DNA of 64,000 nucleotides from an uncultured virus (IMG/VR IMGVR_UViG_3300028048_000070) (taxonomy: Duplodnaviria; Heunggongvirae; Uroviricota; Caudoviricetes). The translations under genes were made by a program, and so were the position numbers. The number at the start of each line of letters is the position of its first letter. Position 1 is the stretch's first letter. The DNA lies in IMG/VR virus record IMGVR_UViG_3300028048_000070, positions 1 to 64,000 of that record; one strand, 5' to 3'. Under the pieces are notes generated by a model. That model saw only the letters and a list, made by a program, of their open reading frames with translations, did not search any database and had not been told where the DNA came from. Shown piece by piece: positions 17,397 through 27,756 of this stretch.

Positions 17397-18998
17397 TTAA
17401 CACATTAAAATGAAAGTTTCTACTTCTTCAATAATAATATTTATAGCTACAGTTTCAAGTCTCTTTCCATTTATAGATGGGTCCATATCTACAATACTAA
17501 AGTCAGATGAAATAATAGTAGCAATAATACTAAGAATATTATCTATTATGTTTTCATTTTTATATTTCTCCAATATTCTCGGATAAGAAGGTGAGGCTTC
17601 TACCAATATCTTTTCTTTTTTATTGATAGTTTTTCTACTGACTAGCTTCTCTACTTTACCAGAAATAATATAGGGAAGTATTATCATATTTTTACTTTTC
17701 AAAATTCTCTTAGCAGCTATTATCAGCTTAACATATTCTTCCCTATTAATAGAATGAATACTTTGAGTATCTTTAAACCAACGATAAAACATTGAAAAGA
17801 TTAACTGTTTTTGGAAAGAATTAATAGTATAATTCCCATCTGGTGTCATTAATACATTTTTCATATAGAGATCTATTTCTAAAGGATCAAATGGACCAAA
17901 TTGTACTTCAATATTCTTCATACATACTTGACCATTAATTTTATTTTGAAGATATAAACCTTCATTCATTCTAATAAGATTACTTTCAAACTTATCAAAA
18001 TCCGAAATAGAATCATTATCTCTCTTAGATGAAGAAATAGGAACGTATGAATACTCAAATGAAATATCTGTAATCTTATATGATGTATTCTTTCTAATAC
18101 TAGCATAGTTAAAACTAATGATATTCTTATCAAAAGTATATTTAGGCATTATATTAAGAATAATATTCATAACAGAATCTGTAGAATGTGTAGTAATATC
18201 TATAGATCTGATATCCTGTTTAATCCAAATACCTTGATTATTCTTTTGATTAGCTATTACATTAGTATATGCAGTATCATAGAGTTTAGAATAAATATTA
18301 ATAGAATTATCCATATGAAGAATTCTATCATAGAAGCTTAATAAATAATCATCAATTTTTGTATCTAATCTATGCATATAAGCATAGTTAGTTAAAAGTG
18401 GTATACAAAGATCCATAATAATTGACATCTTATGAAGTAACTTAGCATGATCATTTGTATACTGTAAAGATGGTGATTTAATATTAGTATAATTTAATAC
18501 CTGATAATAATTATCATTAACCATCTGTTGTACTTTATTTGCAATATTTGAATAAATAATATATCTCTCCATATCATAGAAAAATACATCTATAGGATAT
18601 GTAGAAACTTCAAATCTATCTATTTTAGATTTCATAGCAACTAATACAGATAAATATTCATTATCTGTATCATAATAATTACAAAAATAATTAATATATC
18701 TAAATAAATGTTCTCTCATGGCTACAGAGTTATAGCATTTTTTAGTAGATAAAATAAACTTATTAAAATTATCACCAAGATTCATAGAGATATCAAAATA
18801 TACACTTAAAGGTGCAATAAAGAATCCTGGTCTACAGTTAATAATAACTTCTTCCATCTCCTGTGGCCACCACTGGTCCACAGGAACAAATCCTTGTCCT
18901 TGATTTGATTTTGCTCTTCGCTGTACTTTATCCATGAAGTAAACAGCTGGAACTTTTCCTTCCGTTATTTTTGTGTATTCTTCACTCATGCTGCACAT
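17397..18998 (-). CDS. non-virion RNAP promoter-specificity (sigma-like) subunit, AR9 gp226-like
   Basis: recalled similarity to AR9 gp226 along its length (LQYTNDHAKLLHKMSIIMDLCIPLL, KLY, IMPKY..NIISF, SDFDKFESNLIRMNEG, EEVETFILMC); near chaperonin gene as in AR9; needs HMM confirmation. Confidence 0.7.
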   Translation of the reverse strand: MCSMSEEYTKITEGKVPAVYFMDKVQRRAKSNQGQGFVPVDQWWPQEMEEVIINCRPGFFIAPLSVYFDISMNLGDNFNKFILSTKKCYNSVAMREHLFRYINYFCNYYDTDNEYLSVLVAMKSKIDRFEVSTYPIDVFFYDMERYIIYSNIANKVQQMVNDNYYQVLNYTNIKSPSLQYTNDHAKLLHKMSIIMDLCIPLLTNYAYMHRLDTKIDDYLLSFYDRILHMDNSINIYSKLYDTAYTNVIANQKNNQGIWIKQDIRSIDITTHSTDSVMNIILNIMPKYTFDKNIISFNYASIRKNTSYKITDISFEYSYVPISSSKRDNDSISDFDKFESNLIRMNEGLYLQNKINGQVCMKNIEVQFGPFDPLEIDLYMKNVLMTPDGNYTINSFQKQLIFSMFYRWFKDTQSIHSINREEYVKLIIAAKRILKSKNMIILPYIISGKVEKLVSRKTINKKEKILVEASPSYPRILEKYKNENIIDNILSIIATIISSDFSIVDMDPSINGKRLETVAINIIIEEVETFILMC

Positions 18999-19084
18999 TT
19001 CTCCCTAATGTACAATTGTTAACGAGTTAAAAGAAGTCTTTACAACTTCCATATTTATAATATATATTTATTATTATTTTTGCA

Positions 19085-19867
19085 CTATTTCTTATAGTGC
19101 CCTATTTTATTATCTGTATTAACTAGTTTGTCTATATGTGGTTTTTTAAAATGACCAAAATTCTTCTGATTAGGAGATTTAAATTTAGAAGTTACAGGAA
19201 CAGATGATTTCATAAATTTATCATTCTGATTCTTCTCTTTATTCTCTAATCTCTTTTTAGTTTTTCTATCAGCATTAATTAATTCATTAGCTTTTCTTAT
19301 TTTATCATCTGCATGTTCTACTGTTTGAGCCCATACATTTTTACTATATTTTTTAGCAAGAGTTTCCCATCTTGATTTAGTAAATAAATCTCCTCTCTTT
19401 ATTTCTAAATAAGCAAAAAATATAGATTTTACATATCCTAATTCATTTCTAGGATTCTTAATTTTAGCTTTCTGTTTTAATGCTAATTCACTCATTTTAG
19501 AAGATAAGTCTTTTATAAACATTCGTCTAGAATTAAAAGCATAGCAATATGTAAAAATGAAATTAGCATCATTAGAATAAAATTGTACATCATAATTCTT
19601 TAAGGTTTTCTCCATTCTTACAGTACTCTTAGCAGGATAAAATCTAATTACTGTATCATAATAGAATTTTGGACTTATTTCAGATGGTATTTTTAAATGT
19701 ATAAAATAATCATCACTACCTACATATAAATTATACATTATTAGTCCATTTTCTCTAACTAATAATTCATCAAATTGTTTTTGATACATATTTTGATACA
19801 TCTGTCTATTGGTAATAACAGATGCACCTTTACCAGCAGGATTTTTAATATACTCATCAAAAGTCAT
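19085..19867 (-). CDS. hypothetical protein
   Basis: 260-aa ORF, basic C-terminus. Confidence 0.75.
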   Translation of the reverse strand: MTFDEYIKNPAGKGASVITNRQMYQNMYQKQFDELLVRENGLIMYNLYVGSDDYFIHLKIPSEISPKFYYDTVIRFYPAKSTVRMEKTLKNYDVQFYSNDANFIFTYCYAFNSRRMFIKDLSSKMSELALKQKAKIKNPRNELGYVKSIFFAYLEIKRGDLFTKSRWETLAKKYSKNVWAQTVEHADDKIRKANELINADRKTKKRLENKEKNQNDKFMKSSVPVTSKFKSPNQKNFGHFKKPHIDKLVNTDNKIGHYKK

Positions 19868-20244
19868 ATATTACTGATCCAGCCGTACATTGTTCTATAA
19901 TAAGACCAAGGACCAACCATCTGGCAATATGTATCATGATCAATACCAAGTAATACATTACTACTATAATCTCTAGATTTACTACTAGAATTAACCACTG
20001 TAGTTTCAGGTATAGTAAGAGTATCTCTATGAGTATAATCTACAGTATAATCATAATTCTTTGTATGATAAAATTCTATATGGTTAGTTGTAGTACTACT
20101 ACCGGGGATTAATGTAGTATGGTTAGAAGTAGTATAGTTATGAATATTACATTTATCACACTTACCATCACAATATTGCCAAGATTGTCCACATCTTCTC
20201 ATCTGATAATTAGTATAATCAATTCTGGGATCATAATTAAACAT
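19864..20244 (-). CDS. hypothetical protein with Cys cluster
   Basis: CGQSWQYCDGKCDKC; ATGA overlap. Confidence 0.6.
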   Translation of the reverse strand: MFNYDPRIDYTNYQMRRCGQSWQYCDGKCDKCNIHNYTTSNHTTLIPGSSTTTNHIEFYHTKNYDYTVDYTHRDTLTIPETTVVNSSSKSRDYSSNVLLGIDHDTYCQMVGPWSYYRTMYGWISNI

Positions 20245-20262
20245 AAAAAACCTTCTTTCTTC

Positions 20263-20295
20263 TATGGAGAAGGGAAATATATTCCCTTCTCCATA
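20263..20295 (-). terminator. intrinsic terminator after chaperonin
   Basis: TATGGAGAAGGGAA/TTCCCTTCTCCATA stem. Confidence 0.7.
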
Positions 20296-20307
20296 AAATC
20301 AAAAATA

Positions 20308-22140
20308 TTAATAATGTGAAGTCAATGCAGGAGCCTGAAGAATAGCTTGATTAGCAGTATACATAATCGTTACAATTTTAGAAATAGTTTCTAAAATCAT
20401 AGGCTCAGATTCAATAGAAGTAAGTACTAATCCATCATAATTACTTGTATTAATATTATAAGGCTTACCCCCTTCAATATAAATATTATCAATAATAGTA
20501 TCTATAGCTTCATCACTATTAAAAATTGTATGATAAAGAGCTTTAATAGTATTAGTATATGCAGAATTAATAATCTTAATCATATTATAAACATCAATAT
20601 CTTCAAAGTCATTTTCTTCAAGCATATTTCTAGTAATACAATAACCCATTGTATTAGCTCCATAACCAACACCATTCTTTGCTGCAGATCTAGTATTGAG
20701 TACAGCATCTTCTACTAAATCTCTCAAAGAATCTCTATCAGAAATAGAAATGCCACCAATAAAGAGTTCTACCATATTGGCTTTAACAGCATTAAGTTGT
20801 CTCTTTAAAGAACCAAGTACACCAATATTACCACCCTGTTCAGAATTAGACTTATATTGTGCTTCTAAGAAATTTATAATATTAGTATAAGTCTTACTAT
20901 ATACAGGATTACCTTCATCATCAGTAACAATATTTCCATTAACATCTTTAGCATACATTTTCTGAGGATCAATAAATCTTGTAATATTAGCATCAGCTTC
21001 TACTTCTACAGCTGTACCATAAAAATCACATACTGTTTTAAGTGTAGGAGCTAAACCACTTTCTTGATCAGCTTTTTGAATCTTATCATCAATATATTTC
21101 TTAATAGGTTTACATCCACAGAGATTAGAAATATGATCTACATAATTTTCATCTAAACCTGCATAATTAGTTACAATAAGTAACTGAGGTTTCTGAGAAT
21201 ATTCAGCTTCTCCAAAAGAGAGTAAAATCTGAATAATTCTTCTCATATAAGCATGAGCATCTCTACTAATTTGAGGAGCAAGAATAACAGTAGGAATTTC
21301 TTTTTGTCTATTATTTCTTCTTCCAATAACATTAGTTTCAATAATTTGAGCAAACAAAGCTAACTGCTCAGATGTATCAATAGGTTCAGCAAATTGATAA
21401 ATATGAACAGGATAATCTTCTGTAGATCTTATTCTACAGTCATTTCTTTCTAAATTATTGATCATTGCAGGATCAGAATATCCAGCTTCGATAGTAATAC
21501 CATTATAAGTCTTTACATAAGTATTCTCATTAGTAGAAGCAGAAACATCAATAAATACAGTCATTCCATATTCTTTATAAATCTGCTGAATCTGTTCTGC
21601 TACTTCTTTATTTCCATTAGATGAGATAAAAGCAATATTATAGATATCATCTAATGTACAGGCTCTACCATTTCCTCTAATTTTTTCACTAATAATACTA
21701 ATACACTTATCAAATAACCTCATAGTTTCATAAGGATCATATCCAAATTCACCATTAAGAAATGCTTGATTTAAAGCATCAAAAATAAGTGAAGACATTA
21801 CTACTACAGAAGATGTACCATCACCTACAGTCTTCTCTATATATCTAGTAGAATTTTCAATTTCAGATTTAATAGCCATTTCAATAGGATATTGATACTT
21901 AATACTCTTAATAATCTTATTACCATCTTTAGAATATTCAGCTACAATATCTACATCAGATGAACCTCTAAGAATAAGAGAATTAGATCCAGCAGGTCCC
22001 ATAGAATTAATAATAGCATCTTTAAGATCATTTAAAACTGCAGATTGAACCTCTTTAAGTTTTTGACCGGATACAATATTATTAACAGGCTTACTAGAGT
22101 TAACTAATACCCTCGGTGCTTGAGCTACTTGATTTGCCAT
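20308..22140 (-). CDS. groEL: phage GroEL-like chaperonin
   Basis: SMGPAG, SKDG, VGDGTSS ATP-binding motif, DLVEDAVLNTRSAAKNGVGYGA; start MANQ at 22140 with GAGG SD. Confidence 0.9.
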   Translation of the reverse strand: MANQVAQAPRVLVNSSKPVNNIVSGQKLKEVQSAVLNDLKDAIINSMGPAGSNSLILRGSSDVDIVAEYSKDGNKIIKSIKYQYPIEMAIKSEIENSTRYIEKTVGDGTSSVVVMSSLIFDALNQAFLNGEFGYDPYETMRLFDKCISIISEKIRGNGRACTLDDIYNIAFISSNGNKEVAEQIQQIYKEYGMTVFIDVSASTNENTYVKTYNGITIEAGYSDPAMINNLERNDCRIRSTEDYPVHIYQFAEPIDTSEQLALFAQIIETNVIGRRNNRQKEIPTVILAPQISRDAHAYMRRIIQILLSFGEAEYSQKPQLLIVTNYAGLDENYVDHISNLCGCKPIKKYIDDKIQKADQESGLAPTLKTVCDFYGTAVEVEADANITRFIDPQKMYAKDVNGNIVTDDEGNPVYSKTYTNIINFLEAQYKSNSEQGGNIGVLGSLKRQLNAVKANMVELFIGGISISDRDSLRDLVEDAVLNTRSAAKNGVGYGANTMGYCITRNMLEENDFEDIDVYNMIKIINSAYTNTIKALYHTIFNSDEAIDTIIDNIYIEGGKPYNINTSNYDGLVLTSIESEPMILETISKIVTIMYTANQAILQAPALTSHY

Positions 22141-22804
22141 TTTTATTTTCTTCCTCTTTTCTTGAATAATTTGTTCCAATCGGTATAAATTCATTATACA
22201 TAGTAAGATTATTTACATTATCTCTTATATATAAAGCATTATAAGCTCTTGGAGATATATAAATTTTCTTCTGTACAATATCAGTAAGTTCATGATTTGT
22301 AAAAAACTTATAATCTTTTACATAATATACTTCTCTAGAACTTAATGTTCTTTTTTCTTCTGTCTCTATTAATTTATTTATACCAAAAAATCTAGTTATT
22401 TCCTCTGCTTCTAAATCATCTTTCACATATATTCCAGGATTTACTCCTATTATATTAGCCTTATCAAATAGCATAGTAATAAAAGTATTTATCTTTGTAT
22501 ATGTAAGAGATCTATATAAAATATCTTTCTTATAAGTTTCAAAAAAGCTATTATATAATTCATCTATATCTGGTAGATTTTTTTCTGTAGATATGATAGA
22601 TAAAGGATTCCAATTTGTTCGAGAATATAAGAGTGATAGAATTAATCTATCACTCTTATTTAATTCATCTAATTTGAATGCCCGATTATCTTGGAATTTT
22701 TCTCGAATAAATCTAATTAGTCCAATATCTGTATCTACAAGAAAATTAAAATCTATTAATGTAGATAATATTCTACCACTTAGATTTATATTTGTAGTAC
22801 TCAT
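22100..22804 (-). CDS. hypothetical protein
   Basis: 234-aa ORF; LIDFNFLVDTD resembles a degenerate HAD motif I. Confidence 0.7.
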   Translation of the reverse strand: MSTTNINLSGRILSTLIDFNFLVDTDIGLIRFIREKFQDNRAFKLDELNKSDRLILSLLYSRTNWNPLSIISTEKNLPDIDELYNSFFETYKKDILYRSLTYTKINTFITMLFDKANIIGVNPGIYVKDDLEAEEITRFFGINKLIETEEKRTLSSREVYYVKDYKFFTNHELTDIVQKKIYISPRAYNALYIRDNVNNLTMYNEFIPIGTNYSRKEEENKNGKSSSSSTEGIS

Positions 22805-22813
22805 ATTTTTTTA

Positions 22814-23635
22814 TTATCCAAGCTCATCTTCCAAATTAGTGATAGGTTTATATGCATTACGTCCTGTATTGGCTTTATTACCATTGGAAGAAGGTTCAGA
22901 GTATTCATTACTAGCAGAGGAGAAGAATGAATTATTAGATCCTCCTCCACTATTATAATTCTTATCAATAGCTCCTACTTTTTCTCCAATTCTTCTAATA
23001 AGATTAGAACTTCTTGCAGCCTCATATCTACCAATATCATGATAAAAGTAAGCAGCTGCACCAGAAGCATGTCTAGCATAATCTTCAAGAAGATCTTTTA
23101 ACTGATTAAGTTCAAGAGAATCATCATACTCTTTCTTAAATCCAAGTTTAGAAATATCATTAATCTGAAGTAAATACTGATAATTCATATTAAAATTGAA
23201 TCTTTGATTAGATTCATACTGACCATTGGCATTTACTTTAGCAATAACAAGATAAGGTTTACCCATATCTCTACCAATAGCTATCATTCCTCTAGTCTCT
23301 CCAGTACCAGTATCTACGCCAAAGATATTAGAACTTTCAGGATTAGTAATAATTCTATCTACACATGTAGCAAATAATCTAGCCTTTGTAGGTGATAAGT
23401 GAATATATGCTAATTCATTATTTCTACCATCTTGTGCAGTACCAGCCTCAGAAATAGACATTCTAAGAGTACCATTCCAATAATTAAAAGAAAGTCTAAG
23501 ATTATCAACAGGGTTTCTAATAGAAAGTCTAGAATAATAAGTAGGATTATAAAGAGTATTATTCTGATTATTAGAATTAGAATAAGATCTATTATTTCCT
23601 CCCCCATTAGAATTATAAGAACTTCCCAGTGCCAT
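22814..23635 (-). CDS. putative single-stranded DNA-binding protein
   Basis: beta-rich core, N/S/G-rich linkers, acidic C-terminal tip LEDELG; function is inference. Confidence 0.4.
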   Translation of the reverse strand: MALGSSYNSNGGGNNRSYSNSNNQNNTLYNPTYYSRLSIRNPVDNLRLSFNYWNGTLRMSISEAGTAQDGRNNELAYIHLSPTKARLFATCVDRIITNPESSNIFGVDTGTGETRGMIAIGRDMGKPYLVIAKVNANGQYESNQRFNFNMNYQYLLQINDISKLGFKKEYDDSLELNQLKDLLEDYARHASGAAAYFYHDIGRYEAARSSNLIRRIGEKVGAIDKNYNSGGGSNNSFFSSASNEYSEPSSNGNKANTGRNAYKPITNLEDELG

Positions 23636-23679
23636 AATTATTTTCTCCTTTTTAAATAAAATAGTTAATAATAAAGAGC

Positions 23680-23883
23680 AGGTCCTATCTGGATGAGCAG
23701 ATATTAAAAGAAATAATAATTATATTAATAGAGCAGCTATAACGATGAAAATAGAGGAACTCTATGGCAAGAGTTTTATTTTACTATCAAGAAGGTGGTG
23801 ATAGATTCAGTATTTAGCCCCAATATTATATCAATTAACTCAGGATATTATTTCTTTCAGTTTTACACTTAAACTAAGGACCC
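23680..23883 (-). ncRNA. tRNA-like structured RNA B (acceptor, D and T-like arms; extended branched anticodon arm)
   Basis: GGGTCCT/AGGACCT acceptor; TA; GTTT-AAGTGTA-AAAC D arm; 13-bp GAAAGAAATAATA/TATTATTTCTTTT stem; ATCTG-CTCATC-CAGAT T-like arm. Confidence 0.6.
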
Positions 23884-24087
23884 AAAGCTATTATATTAAA
23901 TATAATAATATATATTATATATGCTATCTTAAAAATATTTCTACATAATATTTTTAAAAATACACATTAGGTAATTTTCCTTTCTTATTATTTGGGAAAG
24001 TATATAAACAAGACGGAAATATAATATATAAAATATACTTAATATAATAGTATATGATTGTTAATAAAATATTATTTTTTTATTATA

Positions 24088-24297
24088 TTAAAATTCAGGT
24101 TGAGTAAGTTTATTAGTATCAGTAGAAAGAATAAGTGTTAAGTTATAAAGAGATTGAACTGCTTCTTTTTCTGATACTCTGATATTCTGTACCCCAAGAT
24201 CTATAAAGTTTGATTTCAGATTTACAAATTTAGAAAGTTCTTCATTTGTTTCTTTCATAAAACTTCCTTTAGCCTGGATCGTATCTCCGTCGTAATC
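24088..24297 (-). CDS. rpoC: RNA polymerase beta' subunit, exon 2 (DYDGD...)
   Basis: begins GAT TAC GAC GGA GAT right after intron omega-G. Confidence 0.9.
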   Translation of the reverse strand, partial: DYDGDTIQAKGSFMKETNEELSKFVNLKSNFIDLGVQNIRVSEKEAVQSLYNLTLILSTDTNKLTQPEF

Positions 24298-24638
24298 CAT
24301 TATTATTCATATAGAGGCGTTGAAGTTATCTCTCTTCTATACAGTTCTTTTTTATGAACTTCTTTAAGTTTCCCTAAAGATTAGACTATATCTTCCTATA
24401 TATTAAATATATAGGCATACCCATTTTGAACTCACTTGAGTCCTCAAGAGTTACACTCATCACTCTTTAGTCGTTGAGCTTTCTTCTGTTCTAGAAGCTT
24501 AGTTGCTGATTGTCCAATCTCTAATATTATTACTATACTAAACTCATTACAGTTTACCATTTATATATTCCTATATAAACTTAGTAATTAGAGCTCTAAG
24601 GAGTTTCCAGCAGTTAAGGTATGACAGGCAATTAATTT
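24298..24638 (-). ncRNA. group I self-splicing intron (341 nt, no ORF)
   Basis: P1 AGGU/GCCU with U.G at 5' splice site; P AACTGCTGGAAA, Q AATCAGCA, R TCAACGACTA, S AAGATATAGTC; terminal G; P10 UAAUU/GAUUA. Confidence 0.93.
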
Positions 24639-26225
24639 ACCTCCAAGGCCCTTCAAATATAAATTACTCATCTGCATAGTATCTATAAATTTACTAGCAG
24701 AACTTTGTAAAATATCTTCCATCCTAATCTTAGGATAAAATCTATAATATTCTCCATCTATAATTATAGGTTCAGTTTCTGTAGTACTAGCAACTTCTAT
24801 ACCAGTATAGATAGTATTAAAATAACTATCATAAGGAAATCTAGTAATAGCTACAGTCTTTCCTTCTACTGATCTTACAGCAGCTACATAAATTACATCA
24901 ACCCATGTTAATGGTCTTCTTATAATAGGTTCAGGATTAGTTTCTATTTCTTCTTTAGGATTAGCAAATCTCTTTCCTTTGAACTGCATTAAATATACTT
25001 TATTTGGATCAGCATCTTTATCACTAATAGGAACTTCTATAGGAAGAAATCTATTATCATGAGAATAAACAAATTTCTTTAACTGATCATTTAATATATC
25101 ATCAGTAAAACTTAACATAGCATTATCTATTCTATAATAATGCACATTTCCTTCACTATCTACAACTTCATAATTGGTTACATTAAGAAATTCATTTTCA
25201 AAGAATTTTCTCATATGGAAAATCATAAATGGATAGAAATCTGCTGATACTGCAGCTAATGGCATAGCAGATTTATCTAATGTAACCATTAAATCATCTA
25301 TAGTTTCTTTCTTTAATTCTGGAGCTGATATAACAAGACGGGAGGAATAGTCACTGGTATAACCAGCATTCATTCTAATTAAACCAAATTTTCCGCCTAA
25401 GCCAGTTCCAGGATCTTTAATACTATCATTATTATTACCACAGAACCAATCATATATAGCTCTTAAAGTATCTTGTATTCTAGCACAAGTAGTATCAGCA
25501 ATAGATAAACCATAATCTGCATTGTCTCTTAATGCATTAGCAGCAGTAATGAGATTTACATATAAAGTATTAATCTGACCTACACCAGTATGTTTTTTAG
25601 TAGTATTAGCATCTCTATAATAAGGAGGAATTACTATCCATTTATTAATAAATAAATTCCCCTTTTTAAAGTTATGCTCTATATACTTTATTCTCATATC
25701 TCTAGATCTTGATTCTGTTCTCTTAAATTTAATTTTATCAAAATTAGCTTTAAGCCATTTAATACCAGTTCCTCCACCAGGATCTTCTATAAAAGAGCCA
25801 TCTGCATCTATCTTATATTTTTTTAATCCTTTTATAATAAAATTAAATTTACTATCTAATTTTATTAAACATTTATAACAACTTGGATCAATAAAATATT
25901 CATAAAGATTAATATAAGCAAATGTACCAGCTCTATCTGCTTGAGTAATACCAAATATCTCATTACTTAATAATCCATCTGAAGTAGGAACTCCACCTGT
26001 AGAAAAGAAAGTAGGATTAGTAATAGGTTTTAATTCATTTACCTTGATATATCTTTCTATATCTAATAATTCAAGAGAAAGAATTTCTTTCTTCCCTCTC
26101 TCTTCATAAGAAACTTCATTTAAATTTCTTAAAGAAATATCAGTATCATATTTTGAAAATATTTCATCTAAAGGATCTTCAAAATATCTGAAACCTACTT
26201 CTTCTTCATAAACAAAATCATTCAT
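24639..26225 (-). CDS. rpoC: RNA polymerase beta' subunit (N-terminal/catalytic half, probably virion RNAP), exon 1
   Basis: DGLLSNEIFG, VIPPYYRD, DYSSRLVISA, ITRFP; spliced product 598 aa with LGGDYDGD. Confidence 0.9.
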
Positions 26226-26301
26226 ATTATTTCTCCTTAAAAGAAAAGGATAGGATATTAAACTCCTATCCTAGGATTTAAAATACAAATAACTTAATAA
26301 A

Positions 26302-26901
26302 TTAAGCCCCTCTTAAATCTAAATCTATAAGAGACTTTTGTAATCTCTCTAGACAATAATTAATATCTTTTTCTTTAATATTAAAATACTCAATATAAAA
26401 CTCCTTATTGTTTATTATCTTTTGAATCCAATCATTAAGTGTATATCTATCTATATTAGTATTGAATATTAACCATTTAAATTTAGTATAATTCTTTTCT
26501 ATTAATGCTTCTTCTAAAGTTAATTCTAACTTTTGTACTTTATTATTTAAATTACCTTTATTTAATAAACTTAATAAATCATGTTCTCTTATATAATTTA
26601 TAGTATTTGTAATAACCCATTCTTTGGATTCAACAGCTTTTAATATTCCTATCTGAGATAGCACTTCATCTTCAAAAAATGATATATAAGAAGCCATTGT
26701 ATCATTCTGAGTTAAATAAGCTATAGTATCTTTTTCATCATTAGAGTGTAATACTATAGGTAAACCTATATATTCAGGAAATCCTTCAACTACTGTAGAG
26801 TATCTTCCTACTGTTACAGCAATTACATTATGCTTAATATCTTTTTCAGTAGGTTTTAATACTACTATAGTACCATTTACTAAGAATCCTGGATTTTTCA
26901 T
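26302..26901 (-). CDS. hypothetical protein
   Basis: 199-aa ORF, AGGAG SD. Confidence 0.75.
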   Translation of the reverse strand: MKNPGFLVNGTIVVLKPTEKDIKHNVIAVTVGRYSTVVEGFPEYIGLPIVLHSNDEKDTIAYLTQNDTMASYISFFEDEVLSQIGILKAVESKEWVITNTINYIREHDLLSLLNKGNLNNKVQKLELTLEEALIEKNYTKFKWLIFNTNIDRYTLNDWIQKIINNKEFYIEYFNIKEKDINYCLERLQKSLIDLDLRGA

Positions 26902-26913
26902 TAAGCTCCTTTC

Positions 26914-27513
26914 TTAGAGCCAATTTTCATGTTTATAAAGTATATCATAATAGAAGTTTTGCATACTTCTAAAATAATTATCTTTAATAGGAGAATAAGA
27001 ATATAAGTAATACATCATTAAATAATAATTTCTAGCTAATTGTTTTTTAGAATCTTCTTCTTTATCAACTTCTAAGTTATGATTATGATATAAAGAAATT
27101 AATAAAGAAATTATCATGAAAAGTGGCCTAAAAAATGTATTAACTGAAGATATACCTTCATCCATAATATGTCGAAGATCAAATCTAAACTCTTCTAAAT
27201 GTACAAGATTATATTTTAATAAATCTTCATTATCACGAGAGATGGAAATAAATGTTTCATAAATTAAAGAACAAATAGCTTCATCTATAATATTAATTTT
27301 TAGAATAGAATAATCAAATTCAGAATATATAGGTAATATATTATCAGGATTTATTGGTTTATTTGTGATGATAATATTAAGATATTCTAAACAATCCTGA
27401 ACAGATTGAAAAGAATGTTCGGATCTAATTCTATTTAAAAAAGAAAGTTTATCTGTTTCAAAGACATTCTGGTGAGTAGCTAATAGTGGTCTTAATTTAT
27501 TTATATCTTTCAT
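26914..27513 (-). CDS. hypothetical protein
   Basis: 199-aa ORF, late-type promoter at 27541-27554. Confidence 0.7.
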   Translation of the reverse strand: MKDINKLRPLLATHQNVFETDKLSFLNRIRSEHSFQSVQDCLEYLNIIITNKPINPDNILPIYSEFDYSILKINIIDEAICSLIYETFISISRDNEDLLKYNLVHLEEFRFDLRHIMDEGISSVNTFFRPLFMIISLLISLYHNHNLEVDKEEDSKKQLARNYYLMMYYLYSYSPIKDNYFRSMQNFYYDILYKHENWL

Positions 27514-27756
27514 AGAGAAATCCTTTTATATATGCAAGCTATTATAATAAGGTTAAAAAGTAAGAAAAATATACCAGTAGGAAAGAGCCTACTGGTAATT
27601 GTTAGATAATTTATCTATTCTATAATCTTCTAATAAACTTTTAGTATATTTTTTATTAAATATAGCCATTTTTTAAAATTATTCCTTCTATTATATATTA
27701 TATTTATAAAAACCATAGATAGGAATTTCCTATCTATGGTTTAATTATATTAAAAA

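Noticed and set aside
24588..24638. C-terminal KLIACHTLTAGNSLEL of the beta' ORF, and the ATG at 24300 as a separate gene start
   Set aside because: Both are group I intron sequence; the G of that ATG is the omega-G.
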